A stretch of 42,400 bases of DNA, from the IMG/VR virus record IMGVR_UViG_3300010371_000021, positions 1 through 42,400 of that record. One strand, written 5' to 3'. The notes below the pieces were generated by a model. That model saw nothing but the letters and a program-made list of their open reading frames with translations, was not told the origin of the DNA and ran no database searches. How positions within the stretch are numbered: position 1 is the first letter of the stretch; the number at the start of each line of letters is the position of its first letter. The translations under genes and the position numbers were made by a program. This document shows, in pieces, positions 5,730-13,940 of this stretch. This DNA is from a virus.

Positions 5730-7345
5730 TGGGTCTTAAAGAAGACCTAGAAGCTGCTAACACCGTAGCCTGGATCATAGGCCAAGGCTTCGTAACAGAG
5801 AACCGTAAACCGTTTGAGTTCTACGATCACCGTTTTCTGCTCACTTATCTCGCAGATAACCACCGGCACAAGGTAAGCAAGAAGTCTAGTCAGATCGGTG
5901 AGACAGTTGGTGAGCTCTTTGACGACTTCCATTTGGCGATACATCGGAAGATGAATGTGATTCATACGCTTCACACCTCAGATGTGCTCAAAGGCTTCGT
6001 GACACCTAAGGTCAACCCTATAATTCAACACAATCCCGCTATTTCAAAACACATGAGCAAGGATAGCGAAGGACTCAAACAGTTTAGAGATAACTTCGTA
6101 TACTTCCGCGGTGCAAGCTCAGAGTCACAGGCCATTAGCATCTCAGCAGACGTGCTCAAAATTGATGAAAAGGACAGATCAGATCTTCGGGTGGTTGAGA
6201 TGTTCCAGTCTCGTTTAGACTTTAGCCAGTACAAATGGATTAGAGAGTTTTCTAACCCTTCTGCTGTTGGTTACGGTGTGGACGAGACCTATAACAGGTC
6301 TGATCAGCGTCATTGGTTTGTTGAGTGCCACCATTGTGGCCATTGGGCATGGGTGGATTTTGAACAGTCAAGTGACGACAATCACTACATTAATCAATTA
6401 CAAGAAATATTTGCTTGTGGCAAGTGTCACCGTGAGCTATCTGACGCTGATCGTTGTAACGGTGAATGGGTTGCCAAGTGGCCTTCTCGTAGCGACAAGA
6501 TCCATGGCTATTGGTTCTCTCAGATGATGGCACCGTGGTTTACAGCTGCTGAGATCATGGATAAGTTCAGAACGACGAGCACTGAGTACTTCCACAACTT
6601 CGTGTTAGGTAAGGCTTGGACACAAGCCGATCTGCTTATTGACCGCGACACGATTACCAAAGCATTACGACCTGGTAAGCCAATCCAACGACACATTGTT
6701 ATGGGTAGCGACATCGGTGTTCCACACTGGTATTGGTTAGGTACGCCAGATGGTGTGTTTAAGTGGGGTCGAGCGAAAGACTGGGAAGAGCTTGAGTATC
6801 TGTTTAACTTCTACCAGTGTGAAGCATGGGTTATGGATTCAATGCCAGAGTTCACTCAGGTGCAGAAGATGATCAAGAAGTACTCAGGTCGTGCATTCGC
6901 CTGCCAGTTCAATAAGGATCGTGCAGCTGCAGGTATCATTCGGTGGCAAGAGGGCGATAAACGTGGCTTTGTGTATGTTGACCGTACAAAGGCCATAGAC
7001 CGCGTGGTGAATGAGCTCAGTAGTGGGAACATACCCATCTATGGCAACGTGTCTGACGTTGAGGAGTTCATTACGCACGCGGCGAACATGTACCGCTCAG
7101 TTGAGACAGACGACAAAGGCCTCACCAAGATAGACTGGATGACTATACGCAAGCCCGATCACCTTGTGCTTGCCCTTGTGTACTGGCGTGTGGCACTTGA
7201 ACGTGTCTTTAGTGGCATTCACAGTAATGTAGTAGAGACTCCTGTGCTGAACAAACCGACAGTCCCGACTGTTGTTGATGGCAAAATACCGATCGATATA
7301 GATGTTAGCGCAAGCCTGGAACGGGCGCGGACCTTGCACGTTTAG
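5729..7345 (+). CDS. terL: terminase large subunit (GpA-like, with Cys4 zinc ribbon)
   Basis: 538 aa. GTG start overlaps the terS stop. Walker-A-like SSQIGET. CHHCGH...CGKCH zinc ribbon followed by GEWV, as in GpA-type terminases. Confidence 0.88.
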   Translation: MGLKEDLEAANTVAWIIGQGFVTENRKPFEFYDHRFLLTYLADNHRHKVSKKSSQIGETVGELFDDFHLAIHRKMNVIHTLHTSDVLKGFVTPKVNPIIQHNPAISKHMSKDSEGLKQFRDNFVYFRGASSESQAISISADVLKIDEKDRSDLRVVEMFQSRLDFSQYKWIREFSNPSAVGYGVDETYNRSDQRHWFVECHHCGHWAWVDFEQSSDDNHYINQLQEIFACGKCHRELSDADRCNGEWVAKWPSRSDKIHGYWFSQMMAPWFTAAEIMDKFRTTSTEYFHNFVLGKAWTQADLLIDRDTITKALRPGKPIQRHIVMGSDIGVPHWYWLGTPDGVFKWGRAKDWEELEYLFNFYQCEAWVMDSMPEFTQVQKMIKKYSGRAFACQFNKDRAAAGIIRWQEGDKRGFVYVDRTKAIDRVVNELSSGNIPIYGNVSDVEEFITHAANMYRSVETDDKGLTKIDWMTIRKPDHLVLALVYWRVALERVFSGIHSNVVETPVLNKPTVPTVVDGKIPIDIDVSASLERARTLHV

Positions 7346-7405
7346 TACTTATTTGTTATGGTACGTAAAACAACGTAAGCAGAAAAGCAGCGAGCACGCT
7401 AACTT

Positions 7406-7669
7406 ATGCAAATTGACACGCTTATCCGTACACCTTACCACCAAATGCCAATCACTATCGTGAACAAGGCTATGAGGCAGAAGGTATATCGTGACCTCTT
7501 TTGTATAGAGTGTAAGTGGCCATTGGCCCAGATCACCGATAAGATCGTGCTCGTGAGCGATGGAGGTATGCAGATTGAGGAGCTAATACCGAACAACTTC
7601 GGTATTGTTGAGACGCACTGTGGAAACCACAGATGTAAGCAATTTTATAGAATGGAGTTTGCGGTATGA
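7406..7669 (+). CDS. hypothetical zinc-ribbon protein
   Basis: CIECKWPL ... HCGNHRC motifs. Confidence 0.65.
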   Translation: MQIDTLIRTPYHQMPITIVNKAMRQKVYRDLFCIECKWPLAQITDKIVLVSDGGMQIEELIPNNFGIVETHCGNHRCKQFYRMEFAV

Positions 7670-8064
7670 CAGATAACGAATTGACAGACGATGAGATCAC
7701 CGGTGGTACCTTTAACGGGCTAGGGCTAAAGGTAAAAAGGGATACGACTACGATTCATCCCCTTAATAACCATTGCCTAATAGAAGTCCTAGACGACTAC
7801 GAAGGTGTGATACGTAATACCGAGAATGAGAATATGCAAAAAGGGAAACTATTAGGTTGCCATTTTGTTCCTTTTCACTTGACAGCTTCAACTGGGTTTG
7901 ATTTATCCCAGTATACGATGTCTGAAGTTAGAGACGACGTTGAAAAGAGTCTCGGCAAGACCGTCTACTGGCAAGAATACGCCGACGCAGGTAGTAAGTT
8001 CACTGTCGATGGCAAGAAGTACGTGCTTGTGCCTTTCTACAGATTGATCGGGTTTGAGGGATGA
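7666..8064 (+). CDS. GroES/gp31-like co-chaperonin candidate
   Basis: IHPLNNHCLIEV resembles GroES IRPLHDRVIV. QKGKLLG resembles RGEVLAVG. GKTVYWQEYADAGSKFTVDGKKYVLVPFYRLIGF resembles GDIVIF..Y.G.E..IDGEEYLIL.E.DILAI. ATGA-coupled start. Confidence 0.6.
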   Translation: MTDNELTDDEITGGTFNGLGLKVKRDTTTIHPLNNHCLIEVLDDYEGVIRNTENENMQKGKLLGCHFVPFHLTASTGFDLSQYTMSEVRDDVEKSLGKTVYWQEYADAGSKFTVDGKKYVLVPFYRLIGFEG

Positions 8065-8261
8065 CCGTCGAAGAACTGAAGGCCGAGTATCACAAGATAG
8101 ACGCTGATAGCCGTAAATGGTTGTCCAAGGTCAACAGCATAAGGGACTACGAGTCGAACGCACACGCTACGATCATGATGAACGCGCACTCACAGATTAA
8201 GAATCATATACTGATGACCATTGGTAAGAAGATCGTAGAAGAAAAAACAGATAAGGAGTAG
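8061..8261 (+). CDS. hypothetical protein (66 aa)
   Basis: ATGA-coupled ORF. Confidence 0.7.
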   Translation: MTVEELKAEYHKIDADSRKWLSKVNSIRDYESNAHATIMMNAHSQIKNHILMTIGKKIVEEKTDKE

Positions 8262-8263
8262 CT

Positions 8264-8515
8264 ATGACCAAAGACACCAAACCCACAGGCAAACAGTTCA
8301 GCCTAACCCCAATAGAAACCCAGCTCTTGCGCGTGACTCAGCAGAACTTTCAGACTGTTCTGAGCAATGAGATGGCTATGATCGCGGTACAGCGTTTGGC
8401 CTACCCCGTGAGCGAATACACTCGTTTTATGTTCAGTTCAGACATGACTGAGGTGACCATTAGCGAGGACGAACCTGTCGAGGATAAGGAAGAAACTGGA
8501 GTTATCGGTGATTAA
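8264..8515 (+). CDS. hypothetical protein (83 aa)
   Basis: AAGGAG SD upstream of the ATG. Confidence 0.75.
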   Translation: MTKDTKPTGKQFSLTPIETQLLRVTQQNFQTVLSNEMAMIAVQRLAYPVSEYTRFMFSSDMTEVTISEDEPVEDKEETGVIGD

Positions 8516-8696
8516 TGTAGAAGAAACGGAACATGATGTGACGATCACCTATACCCGTGCGGATGGTACTGGTAGTCACCAACGGTTTAACAAGTGGGAC
8601 TTAACAGATAAGTCACCCAAAGCAGTTGATAAGAATGCAGCTAAGGCCTTACGTAAACTAGCAGATAGAATTGAAGGAGCTACAACTAATGTCTAG
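8508..8696 (+). CDS. hypothetical protein (62 aa)
   Basis: GTG start with GGAG 8 nt upstream. Overlaps its neighbours by a few nt. Confidence 0.55.
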   Translation: MINVEETEHDVTITYTRADGTGSHQRFNKWDLTDKSPKAVDKNAAKALRKLADRIEGATTNV

Positions 8697-10314
8697 TTCA
8701 GGTATTCCCCCCCGAGAAGTCAAAGACCTCCAATACGGCCTGGACGCCCGCGCCACAGTCCTAGCCGGTGTAACCAAAGGCTACGAAGCCGTAAGTTCAA
8801 CGTATGGCCCTAGTGGTCAGAACGTCCTCCAAGGCATGCCGTTCGGTGATCCAGTCCTAACAAGAGACGGTGTAACCGTTGCCAAGCGTGTAGTACTAGA
8901 AAACCGCGCCGAAAACGATGCCTGGTCTGTCGTCCGTCAAGCTAGTGAGAAGACCAACAAGACTGCTGGAGATGGCACAACTGCCACTGTAGTATTGGCC
9001 TACAATCTCTATAAAGCCGCACACCAACGCGTTGTAGCCGGTGAAAATCCGATGAAACTCAAAGCTCAGATGGCTGAAGATAGCCGCAAGGTGATCGAGT
9101 TTATCAAATCTAAGAGCGTAAAAGCTGATAAACACCTATTAGAAGTAGCCACGGTGAGCTCTGGTGACCCAAACATTGGTGCGTTAGTCTCAGATGTTAT
9201 GCAGGAAATTGGCCTCAACGGTGGCATTACTATCCGTGAGCAGAACTACCCAACAATTGACGTTGAAAAGATCAACGGTTATTACTTCGACCGAGGCTTT
9301 TTCGCCCTAAATCAACAGATCGAGTGGGCAAAACCTCACATTCTAGTCACCCAAAAGCCCCTGACGGCTGCGAGTGACGTACTGCCTCTTATCCAGATGA
9401 TCAACCAACAGACTGAGAAGAAGTTGGTGGTTATCGGTGAGGTTCGGGGTGAGGCACTACAGATTCTACTTGCCAACACTATGGCGCAGGCAGATAGTCA
9501 GGGTCGTCCAGTCCCATTTGAAGGTGTTGTCGTCCCTCCACCGATGTATGGTGAGGAATCCAAGCTATTCATGGAAGACATTGCCATCTATACCGGTGCT
9601 AAAGTATTAACTGATGCAGAGACCACGATCAGTGAGAGCCATTTGGGCAGTGCAGAAAGAGTTCAGGTTTCCCAAGAACGCGCAATCGTATTCAAGGGCA
9701 AAGGAAACGCTGAGGCTATTAGCTCACGGGCCGCTGAGATCAAGAAGAACATCGACAAAGAGACTAACTCGCACGCCAAGGACCAGCTAGAGCAGCGTTA
9801 CAGCAAGCTCGTTGGTAAGATCGCCATTGTAAACGTTGGCGCCTCTACTCAGACAGAGATGGAAGAGCTACGCTTCCGTGTCGAGGATGCTATTGAGGCT
9901 ACTAAGAGTGCTATGGCTGATGGTGTGTTACCTGGTGGTGCCACGGCATTAGTACACGTAGCTTACCTAACAAACCCCACGACCGGACCCGATAACAAGA
10001 ATGTCTTTGGTGGTATATACCCGCGGCCTGCGATTGATACGCTGTTTAGAGAGGCTCTACTCGACACCTTTAAAAAGCTTTACGACAATGCTGGTGAATC
10101 ACCTGACTACAGGGTTAAGCAGATACAGGCTAGTAAATTTGGTATGGGATTCAACCTCCGCAACATGACCGAAGAGCCCATAGACCTAGCCAAGGCAGGC
10201 ATATGGGACGCCACTCGTGCAGTCGTACAGACCATTGAGAATGCAACGAGCGCTGCAGGTGCTCTCCTAACTGTAGGGGCGTTGGTGACGCCACGAGATG
10301 AAGAAGACGCTTAG
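8689..10314 (+). CDS. groEL: GroEL-like chaperonin (Cpn60 family)
   Basis: ATG at 8689 after a GAAGGAG SD. Contains YGPSGQNV, TRDGVTVAK, AGDGTTATVVLA (GDGTT motif) and VEDAIEATKSAMADGVLPGG. About 541 aa. Ends ...PRDEEDA without a GGM repeat tail. Confidence 0.93.
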   Translation: MSSSGIPPREVKDLQYGLDARATVLAGVTKGYEAVSSTYGPSGQNVLQGMPFGDPVLTRDGVTVAKRVVLENRAENDAWSVVRQASEKTNKTAGDGTTATVVLAYNLYKAAHQRVVAGENPMKLKAQMAEDSRKVIEFIKSKSVKADKHLLEVATVSSGDPNIGALVSDVMQEIGLNGGITIREQNYPTIDVEKINGYYFDRGFFALNQQIEWAKPHILVTQKPLTAASDVLPLIQMINQQTEKKLVVIGEVRGEALQILLANTMAQADSQGRPVPFEGVVVPPPMYGEESKLFMEDIAIYTGAKVLTDAETTISESHLGSAERVQVSQERAIVFKGKGNAEAISSRAAEIKKNIDKETNSHAKDQLEQRYSKLVGKIAIVNVGASTQTEMEELRFRVEDAIEATKSAMADGVLPGGATALVHVAYLTNPTTGPDNKNVFGGIYPRPAIDTLFREALLDTFKKLYDNAGESPDYRVKQIQASKFGMGFNLRNMTEEPIDLAKAGIWDATRAVVQTIENATSAAGALLTVGALVTPRDEEDA

Positions 10315-10540
10315 AAAACGACTTGGTGTCTGGATGATCGCTAAGGGTATTCGCTTGGCCGGTCAACAACAAACTGAGGTGAGCAAGACTGATATCAAAA
10401 AAGCGATTGGTAAGCCCACAAGTGCAGTTGTGGAAGCACCACTCGAAGCAAAACGTTGGAAAGAGGTGCAGCACGGTAACGTTATCGTAGCTGAGCCAGA
10501 CATCATGAAACAGTTTAGGAGGGAACGTGAGCAAATGTGA
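10298..10540 (+). CDS. hypothetical basic protein (80 aa)
   Basis: ORF overlaps the groEL end by 17 nt. Confidence 0.5.
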   Translation: MKKTLRKRLGVWMIAKGIRLAGQQQTEVSKTDIKKAIGKPTSAVVEAPLEAKRWKEVQHGNVIVAEPDIMKQFRREREQM

Positions 10541-10817
10541 GCTTTGCAGCAACGAAGGATCTAAGAGCACGATTGTGAATGCAAAGTACTACCGTTCGAT
10601 ATGCGACGGTTGCTACGATTCGCTACTCACTGGGAACAGCGTTAGTAGTGGCCACGCTGATTATGAACGTGGTCGTGATGCCGAGGACCATGAAGCTGAT
10701 ATCATGCAGCCACTAGGCCCTGGGGGCATTCCATCTGCTGAGTTCATTAAGCTCTATCCCGACACAGCTAAAAAGATCTTCACACGGGAGGAGATAAGTA
10801 GAGCGATTCGTGCGTAA
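10527..10817 (+). CDS. hypothetical Cys-rich protein (96 aa)
   Basis: GTG start after an AGGAGG SD. CELCSN...CDGCYD. Confidence 0.7.
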   Translation: MSKCELCSNEGSKSTIVNAKYYRSICDGCYDSLLTGNSVSSGHADYERGRDAEDHEADIMQPLGPGGIPSAEFIKLYPDTAKKIFTREEISRAIRA

Positions 10818-10847
10818 TGTGTTTTCACCTCTAGTCATTCTTGCTTG

Positions 10848-10856
10848 TGCTATAAT
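10848..10856 (+). promoter_or_regulatory. extended -10 promoter TGCTATAAT, 8 nt upstream of the portal ATG (leaderless candidate)
   Basis: TGCTATAAT at 10848-10856, then CCACGGTA, then ATG at 10865. No SD. Confidence 0.5.
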
Positions 10857-10864
10857 CCACGGTA

Positions 10865-12946
10865 ATGGCACGAACTAAAAAACAACCTGCTGATACGCCG
10901 CTAATTTTCGATTTGTCCTTAAACGATGTAACACTTGCCGGTATGGTGAAGCGCCGTGCAGCCGAGGCACAGAGTAAGTGGAACGAGCTGTATGACCTCA
11001 CTAAAATTCGTGAGGATAACAAGAAGTTGGCTGATGCCAAGAGCGCAGTCACTAAATACCGTGACGAACGTTTTCAGGATATATATAGCGATAACGTCAT
11101 CTTTAAGGCAAAGCGTACCTTGTTGTCCTTCGTTAGCGCCCGTATTACCCAACCAGAAGTGACGCCACATGACTACACATCTCTGTCGTACCAGTTTGCT
11201 CAAGACTTTGAGAAGGTACTCTACCAAGTGGCTGACGCGGCTAACGCTAAGGCCAAGATTAAGCTTGCCTATAACGATCTGTTTGATGGCCAACGCATTG
11301 GTATCTTGAAGTGGGTCTACAGCGACTACAAAAAGAAGCTCGAGCTTGTGCACTGTGACCCTAAAGACGTCATCATCGGCAGTCGTTCCGGATGGCTAGA
11401 AGAGCCGGACTTTGTACAGCACAAGCAGAAGCGTACCGTCGCTAAGCTATTGCAGCAATTCCCGGACAAAACTGATGATATCTATCGAGAATGTGGCATT
11501 GACAAGGGCGTTCCGAGTCAGCTTGAGAAGGAAAAAGATATTACCGAAAACTGGATCTTCGTTGAGGATGAGGACACCACAAAGCTTGGGGTAATCTTCA
11601 TGCTTGGTGACACCTTATTGGGTAAGATGAGCGACCCGAACTGGATTGACGGTGAAGAGAACTTCATAGATGAGCACATGATGCCATTCATTTTCTTTAA
11701 CCACACCAACGACGGCAAGGGATGGATAGACAATACGAGCTTCATCGAGCAAGCTAAATACAACCAGCAACAGTACAACAAGCGTGGGGAGACGATTGCA
11801 GAGAACGCCAATTACGCCGGTATCGGTGTGCCAGTCTTCGGTAAAGATGCCATTAAGGAAGAAGCAGCCGCACAGGTGCAGTTCAATCCGACCCAGCGGC
11901 TCATGCTTGACATTGAAGACGTCGGCAAAGGCTTTACCACGTGGCAGGCAGGACAGCTACAACCATTTGTCTTCGAAGATAAAGCGAAGTTGGAAACCTC
12001 CATTTACGACACATTTGGTACGAATCTTGTGCAGAGTGGTACGGATACCAATACAAATACGCTTGGTGAGGCAGTCCTTATGCGTAACCAAGCTGAGGGT
12101 CGCCAGCAAGAGCTTATTGATGGCAATGATGCCGCTATGGACCGCTTTTACAAGATAGAAGCACAAATGCTGTACCGTTATGCTGATGAACCACTCTATT
12201 TCAATGTGCTCGGCGAGGATGGCCGTTTCGAACAGCTGGTTATTAGTCAGAAGAAAATTGCCGATAACTTAAAGGCCAAGATTAGTGTGAAGTCTGGCAC
12301 AAACATGCCGATAGACCGTTCTCAGCGCATTGCTGTGGCAGTGCAACTTATGAACGCTAAACGAATTGGCACCAAGCGTCTTTACAAAGAGCTCGGTATT
12401 GAAGACCCGGATCAAGCTTACAAAGAGTTCTTACAGGAAAGTCTCATGCCGTTTGCTGATATGACGAAGGCCGACAAAGATCACGATAGCCGTGAAGCGC
12501 AAGAAGACCTCGATCTGGTAATTGGTGGAAAGCCCCCAATCGAACGAGAGGATATAGATGACGACTACATTGGCTATCTTACCGACTACCTGCTTAAACA
12601 ATCGTACGAACAGCTGCCAACCGCAGCACAGCAGCGCGTTAGTAAATTTGTGGCAGATGTTATAGCCCAGGCGCAGCGTAAATCGATTAAACAGCAGACA
12701 CAGCAACCAGTTGCACCGAACCCTGATACACAGATGCCTCCGGTACGACCAAATGTGTCTATTAGTGGCAAAGACTTACAACCTGATGTATTGGCACAGA
12801 TGTTACAGAACCTTGGGTACCAACCGTCTGCACTGACACCACTCGAGATGGCCGCCGGATTTGCCACCCCACCACAAGAACGTATAAACGCGGCGCCGAT
12901 TGCCAGTGGTCAACCAGCCCAACCAAGTAATCCAATAGGAGGATAG
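10865..12946 (+). CDS. portal protein (probable)
   Basis: 693 aa. Positioned between the terminase and scaffold/capsid genes. Size and acidic C-terminal tail are typical of portals. No search was possible. Confidence 0.65.
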   Translation: MARTKKQPADTPLIFDLSLNDVTLAGMVKRRAAEAQSKWNELYDLTKIREDNKKLADAKSAVTKYRDERFQDIYSDNVIFKAKRTLLSFVSARITQPEVTPHDYTSLSYQFAQDFEKVLYQVADAANAKAKIKLAYNDLFDGQRIGILKWVYSDYKKKLELVHCDPKDVIIGSRSGWLEEPDFVQHKQKRTVAKLLQQFPDKTDDIYRECGIDKGVPSQLEKEKDITENWIFVEDEDTTKLGVIFMLGDTLLGKMSDPNWIDGEENFIDEHMMPFIFFNHTNDGKGWIDNTSFIEQAKYNQQQYNKRGETIAENANYAGIGVPVFGKDAIKEEAAAQVQFNPTQRLMLDIEDVGKGFTTWQAGQLQPFVFEDKAKLETSIYDTFGTNLVQSGTDTNTNTLGEAVLMRNQAEGRQQELIDGNDAAMDRFYKIEAQMLYRYADEPLYFNVLGEDGRFEQLVISQKKIADNLKAKISVKSGTNMPIDRSQRIAVAVQLMNAKRIGTKRLYKELGIEDPDQAYKEFLQESLMPFADMTKADKDHDSREAQEDLDLVIGGKPPIEREDIDDDYIGYLTDYLLKQSYEQLPTAAQQRVSKFVADVIAQAQRKSIKQQTQQPVAPNPDTQMPPVRPNVSISGKDLQPDVLAQMLQNLGYQPSALTPLEMAAGFATPPQERINAAPIASGQPAQPSNPIGG

Positions 12947-12947
12947 T

Positions 12948-13829
12948 ATGCAACCAAACACTAACGGTGGCGATGGAGTCACCATGGGACCAACTGGCGA
13001 GGAGCCAGTCGAAAAAGCCGCGCCTATTCAGGGTGAAGTGAGCGCCAACCAGGCCGAGCTAGAAAGTAAGATCGAACAAGAGCTTGGCTTACCTCATGTA
13101 GAAGCTAAGACAGAGAAGAAAACCGATGGACTACCAGAGGATACTGGGAGTGACGATGCAGGCGATACAACAGCAGGAGAACCAGGCAACCCAGAACAGC
13201 AAGAAGATGATGAAGATACTCAAGAAGAGCTGGAAGAACCGACCAAGACATTAGAACCATCTACTCCGTCCGATGAGGAGCTGTTTATCGAAGTCGAAGA
13301 CGCTGAAGGTGTAACCCACAAGATTAGCAAAATCGAGGATCTTCCAGAAGACTTTAGCCCGAAGAACAACAGGCAAATTCTGCAGATTGTCTCTCAGCTT
13401 AATAAGCTTGAAACGCAAATGGAACAGCGCGAGATCGCCCGCCAGGAAGCTGCTGATAAGGCCGAAACTGTCGCAGCACAGCAGGCTCAGTTCAGCGCCT
13501 GGGACAATGAAATCGAAGAGCTACACAAGCAGAAGCGTATTGATCCGAGCGATGTCGAGCGTGTCAATAAGGTGTTCGAACACATCGCTACGATCAACAA
13601 AGCCCGTGGAAAAGCGGGAAACCCGAACCTTATAACCAGTTTTGAAGACGGTTTGGATAAGTTCGAGATCGTCGAAGCCAAGAACAAGGCAGATGAAGAA
13701 AAGAAAAAGGAGAATGACAGGGCGAAGCTGAAGTCTAGTCTTATCGGTGGGAGTACGTCTACCGGTGGTGGCTCAGGCCAGCGCTATTACTCTGGTCGTT
13801 ACCGCAGCATGGATGACGTGCCCGTATAG
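12948..13829 (+). CDS. scaffolding protein (probable)
   Basis: GGAGGA SD. Highly acidic, with a coiled-coil-like E/K/Q-rich sequence. Lies directly between the portal and major capsid genes. Confidence 0.6.
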   Translation: MQPNTNGGDGVTMGPTGEEPVEKAAPIQGEVSANQAELESKIEQELGLPHVEAKTEKKTDGLPEDTGSDDAGDTTAGEPGNPEQQEDDEDTQEELEEPTKTLEPSTPSDEELFIEVEDAEGVTHKISKIEDLPEDFSPKNNRQILQIVSQLNKLETQMEQREIARQEAADKAETVAAQQAQFSAWDNEIEELHKQKRIDPSDVERVNKVFEHIATINKARGKAGNPNLITSFEDGLDKFEIVEAKNKADEEKKKENDRAKLKSSLIGGSTSTGGGSGQRYYSGRYRSMDDVPV

Positions 13830-13832
13830 TAT

Positions 13833-13861
13833 TTGCATAGCTGTATAGACTGTGTTATATT
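13833..13861 (+). promoter_or_regulatory. promoter TTGCAT-N17-TATATT (with TGT extended -10)
   Basis: TTGCAT at 13833-13838, a 17-nt spacer, then TATATT at 13856-13861 preceded by TGT. Confidence 0.5.
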
Positions 13862-13873
13862 CACGATATAAAG

Positions 13874-13904
13874 ACCTCATAGGTTAACACCTGTGAGGTT
13901 TTTG
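13874..13904 (+). terminator. conserved promoter-proximal terminator-like hairpin (site A)
   Basis: ACCTCATAGG-TTAACA-CCTGTGAGGT followed by TTTTG. It starts 12 nt after the -10 box. The same stem sequence occurs at 20725-20751. Confidence 0.6.
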
Positions 13905-13940
13905 CGTATATAATATTTGACATAATGAAAAGGATATTGT

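Noticed and set aside
13917-13927. Shared 11-mer TTGACATAATG at 2567-2577 and 13917-13927 as a specific regulatory site
   Set aside because: Identical 11-mers are expected many times by chance in 42 kb. The second copy lacks a matching -10 at the correct spacing.
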